Assembly (NCBI GenBank): GCA_001788215.1
Contig: MGAO01000032.1
Coordinates: forward strand, 184-44,877
From: Candidatus Roizmanbacteria bacterium RIFCSPLOWO2_01_FULL_40_14
GTDB taxonomy: Bacteria; Patescibacteriota; Microgenomatia; GCA-001788215; 2-01-FULL-40-14
Length of the DNA: 44,694 nt
Reading direction: 5' to 3'
Shown here: piece by piece, positions 18,783-26,648 of the stretch
Layout: the number at the start of each line of letters is the position of its first letter
How positions within the stretch are numbered: the first letter of the stretch is position 1
Notes under the pieces: generated by a model
Told to the model about the DNA's origin: nothing
The model's input: only the letters and a program-made list of their open reading frames with translations
The model's database searches: none
Translations under genes and position numbers: made by a program

Positions 18783-20030
18783 ATGATGACGAACATGATC
18801 CGTTCGATCAAAAACATCTTCCATCTGTTCAATGCCTTTGCCGCCTGTCTTTATTATGGGTTTCCGGCAAGAAAACTGCATATGATCGGCATTACGGGTA
18901 CGGACGGAAAAACGACGACCACGCATCTCATCTATGAAATTCTTTCAGAGGCAGAGAAGAACGTTTCCATGATATCGTCGGTCTATGCACGAGTCGGCGG
19001 AAAAGAATACGATACGGGATTTCATGTAACCACGCCCGATCCATGGTTTCTCCAACAAATGCTTAAAAAAGCAGTTGATCACGGCGATACTCATTTTGTT
19101 CTTGAAGTTACCTCGCATGGACTCGATCAAAATCGGGTATGGGGAATTCCTTTTGGAATCGGCGTTATTACCAATATTACACCCGAACATCTTGATTACC
19201 ATTTCACCTATGAAGAGTATGCGCGGAGTAAAATTAAGTTGCTTGAGAGATCCAAAGTTGCGATTGTGAATCGGGAAGATCGATCCTATAAATTGATTTA
19301 TGATTTACGATTTAAGATTCAAGAATTAATCACATACGGATTAAAGACTGGAGATGTTATGTTACAGACATTCAAATTCAAAACAACTCTTCCAGGGGAT
19401 TATAACAAGTATAATATCCTTGCAGCATATACGGCTACCAAGCAATTCGGTATTTCTGATGATGTCATTCGTAAAACAGTTGCAGGTTTTAAAGGAATTA
19501 AAGGGAGATACGAAGTAATAAAAACGAAATACGGATTTGGTATTATTATTGACTTTGCTCATACGTCAAATGGGCTTGAACAAGTTCTTTCAACGGTCCG
19601 GAAAAAAACTGAAGGACGTTTGATTCATGTGTTTGGATGTGCCGGTTTACGCGATTATAAAAAACGGCCTGTTATGGGAGAAATATCCGGCCGCATCGCT
19701 GACATTTCTGTTATAACAGAAGAAGATTACAGAATTGAGGATTTTTATTCTATTGTCGAGCAAATCAAGTCCGGCATGAAACGGAAACAAAATGTGCATG
19801 TGTATAAGTCTAGGCAGGAAGCCATAAATTTTGCGACATCTGGTGCAAAATGGGGAGACATCGTCATTTTAACAGGTAAAGGTCATGAAAGAAGCTTGTG
19901 CCGCGGGACCAAAGAATATCCCTGGAGTGAGCATGAAGCTGTGAAAAAAGCACTAAAGAGATTACATAAAATTAAGTCATTCCCGCGCCATGCCTACCGG
20001 CAGGCAGGAAAGCGGGAATCTATTACATGA
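18783..20030 (+). CDS. murE: MurE-type Mur ligase (UDP-MurNAc-L-Ala-D-Glu:diamino acid ligase), N-terminally short
   Basis: The P-loop GITGTDGKTTTT lies at about residue 37. DFAHTSNGL...GCAGLRDYKKRPVMG...TEEDYRIED aligns with the MurE C-domain. The last ~17 aa (SFPRHAYRQAGKRESIT) are encoded by a palindromic repeat. Confidence 0.85.
   Translation: MMTNMIRSIKNIFHLFNAFAACLYYGFPARKLHMIGITGTDGKTTTTHLIYEILSEAEKNVSMISSVYARVGGKEYDTGFHVTTPDPWFLQQMLKKAVDHGDTHFVLEVTSHGLDQNRVWGIPFGIGVITNITPEHLDYHFTYEEYARSKIKLLERSKVAIVNREDRSYKLIYDLRFKIQELITYGLKTGDVMLQTFKFKTTLPGDYNKYNILAAYTATKQFGISDDVIRKTVAGFKGIKGRYEVIKTKYGFGIIIDFAHTSNGLEQVLSTVRKKTEGRLIHVFGCAGLRDYKKRPVMGEISGRIADISVITEEDYRIEDFYSIVEQIKSGMKRKQNVHVYKSRQEAINFATSGAKWGDIVILTGKGHERSLCRGTKEYPWSEHEAVKKALKRLHKIKSFPRHAYRQAGKRESIT
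19976..20020. repeat. GTCATTCCCGC...GCGGGAATC palindromic repeat (VIPA/AGI-type)
   Basis: GTCATTCCCGC / GCGGGAATC arms enclose a TGCCT..AGGCA inner stem. It lies within the 3' end of murE. Confidence 0.8.
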
Positions 20031-20033
20031 GAG

Positions 20034-20057
20034 ATCCCCGATCAGGTCGGGGATGAC
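20034..20057. repeat. GC-rich hairpin repeat ATCCCCGA-TCAGG-TCGGGGAT followed by GAC
   Basis: Perfect 8-bp stem. The pgeF ATG (20053) lies in the 3' arm. Confidence 0.8.
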
Positions 20058-20697
20058 AACTATGATTCAATCAGCATTACTCTCTTCTTTTCCATCAATC
20101 AGACACGCATTTACGGTCAAAGACCATATGCTTAATGGCATACGAGATGAATTAATTATTCCAACGCAGACACACGATGATACGGTGGTTTCTGTATTCG
20201 ATACAAATTTAACAGTTGTTTCAGATGGATTACTGACCGCGATATCTGACGTTCCGATTGGTGTCGTGACTGCAGATTGTGTTCCCTTATTACTTTTTGA
20301 TCCTGACAAGCATATTGTCGGTGCGGTGCATGCGGGGTGGAAAGGTACCCTGAAACATATTGCTTATAAAGCAGTTACCTCAATGGTTGATTTGGGATCT
20401 TCTTTTCAGTCAATTAGAGCCGCCATTGGACCGGCGATTAAGTCATGCTGTTACGATATCCCGCCAGATCGTACACAATTATTTATAGAAAAATTTGGTA
20501 CAAAAAGTGTTATTAAATCTCGTGGAATAAACTATATTGACTTGCAGAAAATAAATTATCAACAGCTCTTATCCTGCGGATTGAGCGACTATCATATTGA
20601 CCTAATACCCGAATGTACTAAATGCAATGACGCGTATTACTCGTATCGAAGAGGAGATCGGGACAAAAGAATGGTCAGTTATATTTATCTCGTATGA
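20053..20697 (+). CDS. pgeF: Peptidoglycan editing factor PgeF / YfiH (Cu-oxidase_4, DUF152) family
   Basis: ...TQTHDDTVV...VVTADCVPLLLFD...GAVHAGWKGT...CCYD... is the family signature. The start is set at MTTMIQ (20053), and ATG 20062 is also possible. Confidence 0.85.
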   Translation: MTTMIQSALLSSFPSIRHAFTVKDHMLNGIRDELIIPTQTHDDTVVSVFDTNLTVVSDGLLTAISDVPIGVVTADCVPLLLFDPDKHIVGAVHAGWKGTLKHIAYKAVTSMVDLGSSFQSIRAAIGPAIKSCCYDIPPDRTQLFIEKFGTKSVIKSRGINYIDLQKINYQQLLSCGLSDYHIDLIPECTKCNDAYYSYRRGDRDKRMVSYIYLV

Positions 20698-22139
20698 ATA
20701 AGCAATTTCCTTTTAAATCAGTGTACTTTGTCGGAATCAAAGGGGTCGGTATGACTCCTCTGGCTCTTATTGCAAAGGAGAGAGGATGTATCGTGTATGG
20801 CTCAGATGTTCAAGAAAAATTTGTCACCGATGAGCAATTAATACAGCATCATATTACACCGCTTATTGGATTTAAATCTTCAAATATACAAAAGTCATTA
20901 ACCGCATATAAACCGCAAGAAGTGTTAGTTGTGGTTACTGGTGCGCACAATGGTATGAAAAATCCGGAAGCGGTTCATGCAAAAAAGTTGAACTATAGGG
21001 TTTTGACACATGGTGAAGCACTCGGCTTATTCATGCAGGATAAAAAGCAAATATCTGTCGCCGGATCGCATGGTAAGACGACCACGTCGGCCATGATCGC
21101 ACACATTCTGGTAAAATCAAAAAAAGATCCATCATATGCAGTAGGAGCAGGGTCTATACTCTCTTTAAAGACGTCTGGACAGTGGGGGAACGGAGATTAT
21201 TTTGTCGCTGAAGCCGATGAGTATGTTTCCGATCCTGTTTCAAATAAAACGCCCCGCTTTCTCTATCAAAAACCGCATATTGCTGTTATTACCAATATCG
21301 ATTTTGATCATCCTGATGTATTTAAGTCAATCGATGATGTTCGGAAGGTTTTTATCTCATTTGCAAATCAAACGGACCATTCCGGTTGCGTTATTGTCAA
21401 TGGTGATGATACACAGGTTGTCCAAGCAATCCCCGAGATTACCACTAAAAAAATTACCTATGGTATATCAGAACACGTTTCTATTCGTATCGGGTCCATC
21501 AGCATTTCTGACCAGAAAAGCACTTTTGAACTCCGTATCAAAGACAAAAAACTATGCACTGTTTTACTGACCGTTCCCGGATTTCACAATATTCAAAATG
21601 CTACGGCCGCGGCGATTGCGGCTCACGAGGCAGGTATCTCATGGCGGCAGATTGCCCACACGCTCTCAACCTTTTCCGGGACAAAACGACGTTTCGAATT
21701 TATAGCAGAACAAAAAGGAATTAAACTATTTGATGACTATGCGCATCATCCCCGAGAAATTGAAGCTACCCTAAGCGCTGCAAAAACGTGGTATCCACAA
21801 TCACGAATAGTTGTTCTGTTTCAACCGCACACGTATTCCCGGACAAAAGCCTTGTTTGATGATTTTGTTACCTGTTTTTCATCAGCTTCTCTCGTGGGTA
21901 TTTGTGACATATTTGCATCGGCACGTGAGAAAGCTGACAAAAAAGTATCTTCTAAAAAACTCGTTGATGAGATAAAGAAGCAAAGCCCGCATACGTACTA
22001 TGTCAAAGATGCGAAGGATTTTTATGAAAAAATAGGCAGGAAACTCACTCAAAATGATATACTATTCACCATGGGAGCGGGGGACATCTATACGTGGCAC
22101 GGCGAGATTATAAAGCATCTGTCATTGCGAAGGAAATGA
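20694..22139 (+). CDS. murC: UDP-N-acetylmuramate--L-alanine ligase
   Basis: VYFVGIKGVGMTPLALIA...GSHGKTTTSAMIAHIL...DDYAHHPREI. The last 6 codons and the stop lie in repeat 22121-22192. Confidence 0.95.
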   Translation: MNKQFPFKSVYFVGIKGVGMTPLALIAKERGCIVYGSDVQEKFVTDEQLIQHHITPLIGFKSSNIQKSLTAYKPQEVLVVVTGAHNGMKNPEAVHAKKLNYRVLTHGEALGLFMQDKKQISVAGSHGKTTTSAMIAHILVKSKKDPSYAVGAGSILSLKTSGQWGNGDYFVAEADEYVSDPVSNKTPRFLYQKPHIAVITNIDFDHPDVFKSIDDVRKVFISFANQTDHSGCVIVNGDDTQVVQAIPEITTKKITYGISEHVSIRIGSISISDQKSTFELRIKDKKLCTVLLTVPGFHNIQNATAAAIAAHEAGISWRQIAHTLSTFSGTKRRFEFIAEQKGIKLFDDYAHHPREIEATLSAAKTWYPQSRIVVLFQPHTYSRTKALFDDFVTCFSSASLVGICDIFASAREKADKKVSSKKLVDEIKKQSPHTYYVKDAKDFYEKIGRKLTQNDILFTMGAGDIYTWHGEIIKHLSLRRK

Positions 22140-22192
22140 AGCAATCCCATTTATGGTTAAGATTGCTTCGTCATTATATTCCTCGCAATGAC
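22121..22192. repeat. 72-bp double-stem palindromic repeat, copy A (murC/murB junction)
   Basis: GTCATTGCGAAGGAAATGAAGCAATC-loop-GATTGCTTCGTCATTATATTCCTCGCAATGAC. Outer stem is GTCATTGCGA/TCGCAATGAC and inner stem is GAAGCAATC/GATTGCTTC. Confidence 0.85.
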
Positions 22193-22199
22193 AATAATA

Positions 22200-23150
22200 A
22201 TGAACATTCTTGAACAAATTCCTCTTTTGCAGTTTACTAATTGGCGGATCGGTGGTCCCGCCGATTATTTTGTTGAGGTAGATTCTCTTCATGACTTACA
22301 GGAGGCGCTTCGATTTGCATCTGACAAAAAAATTCCCTATGTTGTCCTCGGCGGCGGTACAAATGTTCTCGTAGGCGATAAAGGATTTCGCGGACTGGTC
22401 ATTAAAAATAAAATGAACACTATTAGTATTATTGCTTATAAAGGCAGGCTATCCAATTCATCTGAAGAGGATCGTAAAAACGTGTACGTTAAAGCAGACA
22501 CCGGCGTCCTGGTAAATCGCCTCGTTCGCTATACGCTTGATCAGGGCCTTTCAGGACTTGAAAATTTTCTAGGCCAACCGGGGACCGTGGGCGGTGCTAT
22601 ATACATAAACGCTCACAATATGAGCCAAAACGATTTTTTTGGCAGTCATGTAGTTGAGGCTGATATTATTTCAGATAATAAAGTTACTACCGTTCCCCAA
22701 TCATATTTTGAATTTGGATATGATGTAAGCACTCTGCAAAAAACAAAACAATTAGTCGTGTCCGTTGTGGTAGGCTTTGAGCAGCGTCTCGATGAAAAAG
22801 AGCAAATTTGGAAGAAAGCAGAAGCGGCCATGCAGCACCGTCATGCTACGCAGCCAAAAGGGTTTCCGACTGCCGGATGCACCTTTCGCAATATTTCAGC
22901 TGAAGATGCAAAGCGGGCAAAAATCCCCAACAATATTCAATCCGCCGGATTTCTCATCGACGCCTGTGGATTAAAAGGAAAACAAATCGGAAACGCAAAA
23001 TTTTCAGATGAGCATGCAAACTTTATTTTGAATATGGGTGGCGCTACGGCACAAGACGTTAAGCAGCTTATTGATTTGGCAAAAACAAACGTAAAGGAAA
23101 AGTTTGGGATCAATTTACACGAAGAAGTTGTACTAATAGGAGAATTTTGA
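22200..23150 (+). CDS. murB: UDP-N-acetylenolpyruvoylglucosamine reductase
   Basis: FTNWRIGGPADYFVEV...VLGGGTNVLVGDKGFRG...GCTFRN. The start is set at MNILEQ (22200), because the track start 22188 lies inside the repeat arm. Confidence 0.9.
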   Translation: MNILEQIPLLQFTNWRIGGPADYFVEVDSLHDLQEALRFASDKKIPYVVLGGGTNVLVGDKGFRGLVIKNKMNTISIIAYKGRLSNSSEEDRKNVYVKADTGVLVNRLVRYTLDQGLSGLENFLGQPGTVGGAIYINAHNMSQNDFFGSHVVEADIISDNKVTTVPQSYFEFGYDVSTLQKTKQLVVSVVVGFEQRLDEKEQIWKKAEAAMQHRHATQPKGFPTAGCTFRNISAEDAKRAKIPNNIQSAGFLIDACGLKGKQIGNAKFSDEHANFILNMGGATAQDVKQLIDLAKTNVKEKFGINLHEEVVLIGEF

Positions 23151-23156
23151 TTAACT

Positions 23157-23228
23157 GTCATTGCGAACGAAGTGAAGCAATCTTATACTGAAGGGGATTG
23201 CTTCGTCATTATCATTCCTCGCAATGAC
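23157..23228. repeat. 72-bp double-stem palindromic repeat, copy B (murB/murA junction)
   Basis: GTCATTGCGAACGAAGTGAAGCAATC-loop-GATTGCTTCGTCATTATCATTCCTCGCAATGAC. Same length and arms as copy A. Confidence 0.85.
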
Positions 23229-23236
23229 GTCAACAT

Positions 23237-24505
23237 ATGTCTAAATTTATTATTAACGGCGGAAAGAAATTATCAGGTACTATTGCGGTGGCCGGTAACA
23301 AAAATGCGGTATTGCCCATCATGGCGGCAACATTATTAGTAAAAGGCGAAACCCGATTGACCAATGTCCCTCGTATTCACGACGTATCCGCAATGGCGGA
23401 TATTCTCAAAGATTTAGGCGCACAAATAGACGGTGTTGGTTCAAATTCATTGACCATACGGACGGACGGAGTTAATTCCTACCACGTAAATCCCGAATTA
23501 GCAAAAAAATTACGTGCTTCCGTACTTCTACTCGGTCCTCTCTATGCCCGATTTGGGGCAGTTGATTTACCTCATCCGGGTGGCGACATAATTGGCCAAA
23601 GAACAATCGACACACACTTACGAGCTCTGGAAATGCTTGGTGCGACCATTGTACAAGCCCCATCCCAATATCATGTTGAACGGTCAGAGAGAAAAATAGA
23701 TCATGAAATCAATCTGTTTCTCGATGAGCCTTCGGTGACCGGAACGGAGAATATTATTATGGCAATAGCGTTAAGTAGTTTAAACGTGCACATTGAAAAT
23801 GCAGCTTGTGAACCGCATATTGTCGACCTCGCACATTTTCTCAATGCGTGCGGCGCTTCAATAGATGAAATGGGTACCAATAAAATTTCTGTTTCAGGAA
23901 AAGCACAGTTAGCCGGCACGACGTATAAAATTCAGCCAGATTATATTGAGGCAGGTACCTTTGCCGTGCTTTCGGCAGTAATGGACGGAGCTGTTGAGAT
24001 TGAAGGAGTTCACGAATCAGATATTCAACAACCTTTACACATTCTTAAACAATTCGGAGTCTCGTATCGTTTTGCTGGAAATTCCTTAACTGTTTCTGTT
24101 GAAAAACTGACGGCATCGAAGAAACGTATTCAGTCTGCGCCGCATCCGGGATTTCCGACTGACTTAATGAGCCCGTTTATTGTTCTGGGAACACAAGCTC
24201 AGGGAGAAACGTTATTTCACGACCCCTTGTACGAGTCACGCATGTTTTTTGTGGATAAACTGATTCGAATGGGAGCACAGATTACCATTTGTGATCCGCA
24301 TCGCGTCATTATTTATGGGCCTACAAAACTACAAGGCTCTTACCAGGCTTCGCCCGATATTCGTGCTGGTATTGCTCTTGTTATAGCAGCACTGATTGCA
24401 AAAGATAAAAGTATTATCGACCACGCTGAGATTATTGAGCGGGGATACGAGCAACTGGCAGAACGGTTGTCCGTGTTAGGGGCGGATATTCGAAAAGATG
24501 GATAA
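23237..24505 (+). CDS. murA: UDP-N-acetylglucosamine 1-carboxyvinyltransferase
   Basis: MSKFIINGGKKLSGTIAVAGNKNAVLPIMAATLL. The active-site loop reads PHPGGDIIGQRTID, with Asp at the position of the usual Cys. Confidence 0.95.
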   Translation: MSKFIINGGKKLSGTIAVAGNKNAVLPIMAATLLVKGETRLTNVPRIHDVSAMADILKDLGAQIDGVGSNSLTIRTDGVNSYHVNPELAKKLRASVLLLGPLYARFGAVDLPHPGGDIIGQRTIDTHLRALEMLGATIVQAPSQYHVERSERKIDHEINLFLDEPSVTGTENIIMAIALSSLNVHIENAACEPHIVDLAHFLNACGASIDEMGTNKISVSGKAQLAGTTYKIQPDYIEAGTFAVLSAVMDGAVEIEGVHESDIQQPLHILKQFGVSYRFAGNSLTVSVEKLTASKKRIQSAPHPGFPTDLMSPFIVLGTQAQGETLFHDPLYESRMFFVDKLIRMGAQITICDPHRVIIYGPTKLQGSYQASPDIRAGIALVIAALIAKDKSIIDHAEIIERGYEQLAERLSVLGADIRKDG

Positions 24506-25229
24506 GGTAAGTGCAATCATTTTAGCGGCAGGAAAAGGGACGCGTATGCGTTCAACTGAAGATAGTAATAAAGCGATGCTACATCTGGATGGAAAACCCA
24601 TGGTTTCTTACACCGTTGAAAACATGCGCCGCTCAGGAATATCAAACATTGTTATGGTCGTTGGGTACGCAAAAGAAAGTATCATGGATTATTTTAAAAA
24701 CACCGTGCAGTACGTCGTACAAGAAGAGCAACTCGGTACGGCTCATGCTCTTTCCTGTGGACTAAAACTTGTTCCGTCTGATCATCAAACGATTATTTCA
24801 GTCTATGGTGATGATTCTTACACGTATCCTGCCGTACTGTATCAAAAAATGATTGACATACACCATAGTACGAGTGCCGATGTGACGCTGTTAACTGTTT
24901 ATCTGGATGACCCGTCTGGTTTAGGAAGAATTGTTCGAGACAGCACAGAACATGTTATCGATATTGTTGAGGAAAAGGATGCCTCTGTCGAGCAAAAGAG
25001 AATTCATGAAGTGAATACCGGCTGTTATGTATTTAATCGTTCATTTCTTGATACGTGTTTACCTCAGATAAAAAATGAAAACGCGGCTCATGAGTATTAT
25101 GTAACTGATATAATCAGACTGGCAGTAAAAAATGGGAATACAATTGCTGATGTACGCGAAACAAATTTGAGATGGCGCGGGGTAAACAGTCCGGAAGAAT
25201 TGGAAGAAGCACGAAAAATAATCACTTAA
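24498..25229 (+). CDS. glmU: Sugar-1-phosphate nucleotidyltransferase (GlmU N-terminal, uridyltransferase-like domain as a separate protein)
   Basis: AIILAAGKGTRMRS...QLGTAHAL...YGDD...NTGCYVF. Confidence 0.8.
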   Translation: MDKVSAIILAAGKGTRMRSTEDSNKAMLHLDGKPMVSYTVENMRRSGISNIVMVVGYAKESIMDYFKNTVQYVVQEEQLGTAHALSCGLKLVPSDHQTIISVYGDDSYTYPAVLYQKMIDIHHSTSADVTLLTVYLDDPSGLGRIVRDSTEHVIDIVEEKDASVEQKRIHEVNTGCYVFNRSFLDTCLPQIKNENAAHEYYVTDIIRLAVKNGNTIADVRETNLRWRGVNSPEELEEARKIIT

Positions 25230-25231
25230 AT

Positions 25232-25801
25232 ATGAATTTCAAACCGCTATCATATTTTGACCTGTCAACATTTCCATTCGCCGATATTTTTGACGGCGTT
25301 GAAAACGTGTGGGACGTTATTCCAAAGATTAAAGAATATACAGACGGAAAAATTATTCAGGGGAAAAACTGTTATATCCATCCTCATACGAATATTCGTG
25401 AGAACGTTATTCTGGGCGACAATGTCAACATTGGCTTTTCTGTTGAACTTAAGAACTGTATTATTATGAACAATACCCATATTGCCCATATTAATTATGT
25501 TGGAGATGCCATTGTCGGAAAGGACTGTAATATTAGCGGCGGGGCAATGTTTGCAAACTTTAGACTTGATAATAAACCGGTACTCGTAAAAGCGGGAGAA
25601 GAGAAGATTGATACTGGTATGTTAAAATTTAGCGCAATTGTGGGGGATGGAACATGGGTCGGAGTAAATAGCGTACTTAATCCCGGAACGATTATTGGTA
25701 AACATTCTGCGGTATATCCTCTGGTTTCGGTCACTGGCACGCATCCGGAAAAGTCAATTATTCGACAGAGAATCAGAATTCAAATAGCAAAGAAAAAATG
25801 A
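25232..25801 (+). CDS. Left-handed beta-helix acyl/acetyltransferase (GlmU C-terminal-like domain as a separate protein)
   Basis: Hexapeptide repeats run from IHPHTNIRENVILGDNVNIGFSVELKNCII through VGVNSVLNPGTIIGKHS. ATG 25232 lies 2 nt after the upstream stop. Confidence 0.7.
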   Translation: MNFKPLSYFDLSTFPFADIFDGVENVWDVIPKIKEYTDGKIIQGKNCYIHPHTNIRENVILGDNVNIGFSVELKNCIIMNNTHIAHINYVGDAIVGKDCNISGGAMFANFRLDNKPVLVKAGEEKIDTGMLKFSAIVGDGTWVGVNSVLNPGTIIGKHSAVYPLVSVTGTHPEKSIIRQRIRIQIAKKK

Positions 25802-25817
25802 GTATAGCCATAGCAAT

Positions 25818-26546
25818 CTACAACAGCCTCCACACCGTATCAAAGATCATTTTTTGTGTGCGGGCGATTGACTCTTCATGAATAACCACGCCGTACGGAT
25901 AGTCTTCGTTCGTTACTGAAATGAGTGCATATTTAGGCGGATAAATGATGATATAACTCGTTGAATTAACAGTTGTGCCAGCACTCAGCCATTTCCGCTC
26001 GGCCATTTCGGTGTCTTCGCCGCCTTTTCCAATCGCAATGACTTGAACGGTTATTCCCCGCTTAATGCGCTGTTTCGTAAAGTCGGGAAAATTCCGGTAA
26101 AGATATTTTCTAACCGACTTTGACGAGTACACACAGTAATTTTTTTTGACTGAATGCAAAACGTCATGGAGTATTTCTTCAACACCTTCATCGCCTTCAT
26201 AGTAGCGTACGTCAGCAATTTCATTGTTTGATTTTGTTCTCAGAAGCCGCGGGACAATATCTGATTTTAGTCTTTCGATAGCGGATGTGAGTAACTGCTG
26301 TTTTTTCTCGGCGCTTCTGATGAGCTGGTAAGGATTTCGTGCGGCAAAATACTTTCGTTTCCCTTGTGGTGCGTAAGTGACCAGCCCTTTTTTGACCAAC
26401 ACTTTTAATGTTTCATAAGTAGTTCCCCGATTAATTTCCACATCAGTGGCAATGGTGCGAATGGAAGCGGGTCCGAGTTTTAGTAGTGACTGATAGATTG
26501 CTGATTCGTTTTCTGTAATCCCGATGGATGTAAGCAATTCCTGCAT
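25818..26546 (-). CDS. TrmB-family transcriptional regulator
   Basis: N-terminal wHTH ESAIYQSLLKLGPASIRTIATDVEINRGTTYETLKVLVKKGLV. The start is set at MQELLTSIG (26546), and upstream in-frame ATGs at 26576 and 26630 are possible. Confidence 0.8.
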   Translation of the reverse strand: MQELLTSIGITENESAIYQSLLKLGPASIRTIATDVEINRGTTYETLKVLVKKGLVTYAPQGKRKYFAARNPYQLIRSAEKKQQLLTSAIERLKSDIVPRLLRTKSNNEIADVRYYEGDEGVEEILHDVLHSVKKNYCVYSSKSVRKYLYRNFPDFTKQRIKRGITVQVIAIGKGGEDTEMAERKWLSAGTTVNSTSYIIIYPPKYALISVTNEDYPYGVVIHEESIARTQKMIFDTVWRLL

Positions 26547-26648
26547 AATGTTGTCAATGATTTGTTGACAAATCATATTGACAGTTGAGTTTAGTTGTAT
26601 TATGGTAGTCAAATCCTGCTGAATTGTCAAGCGGGAAATGACGAAACT

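Noticed and set aside
26595-26648. 18-aa N-terminal extension of glmS in the ORF track
   Set aside because: GlmS requires Cys as the first residue after Met removal (MCGIFGY), so the true start is ATG 26649.
26547-26648. Possible glmS ribozyme upstream of glmS
   Set aside because: The whole spacer is ~100 bp, is shared with a divergent promoter, and shows none of the nested pseudoknot-forming GC-rich segments. It is too short for the ~170-nt ribozyme. An Infernal scan was not run.
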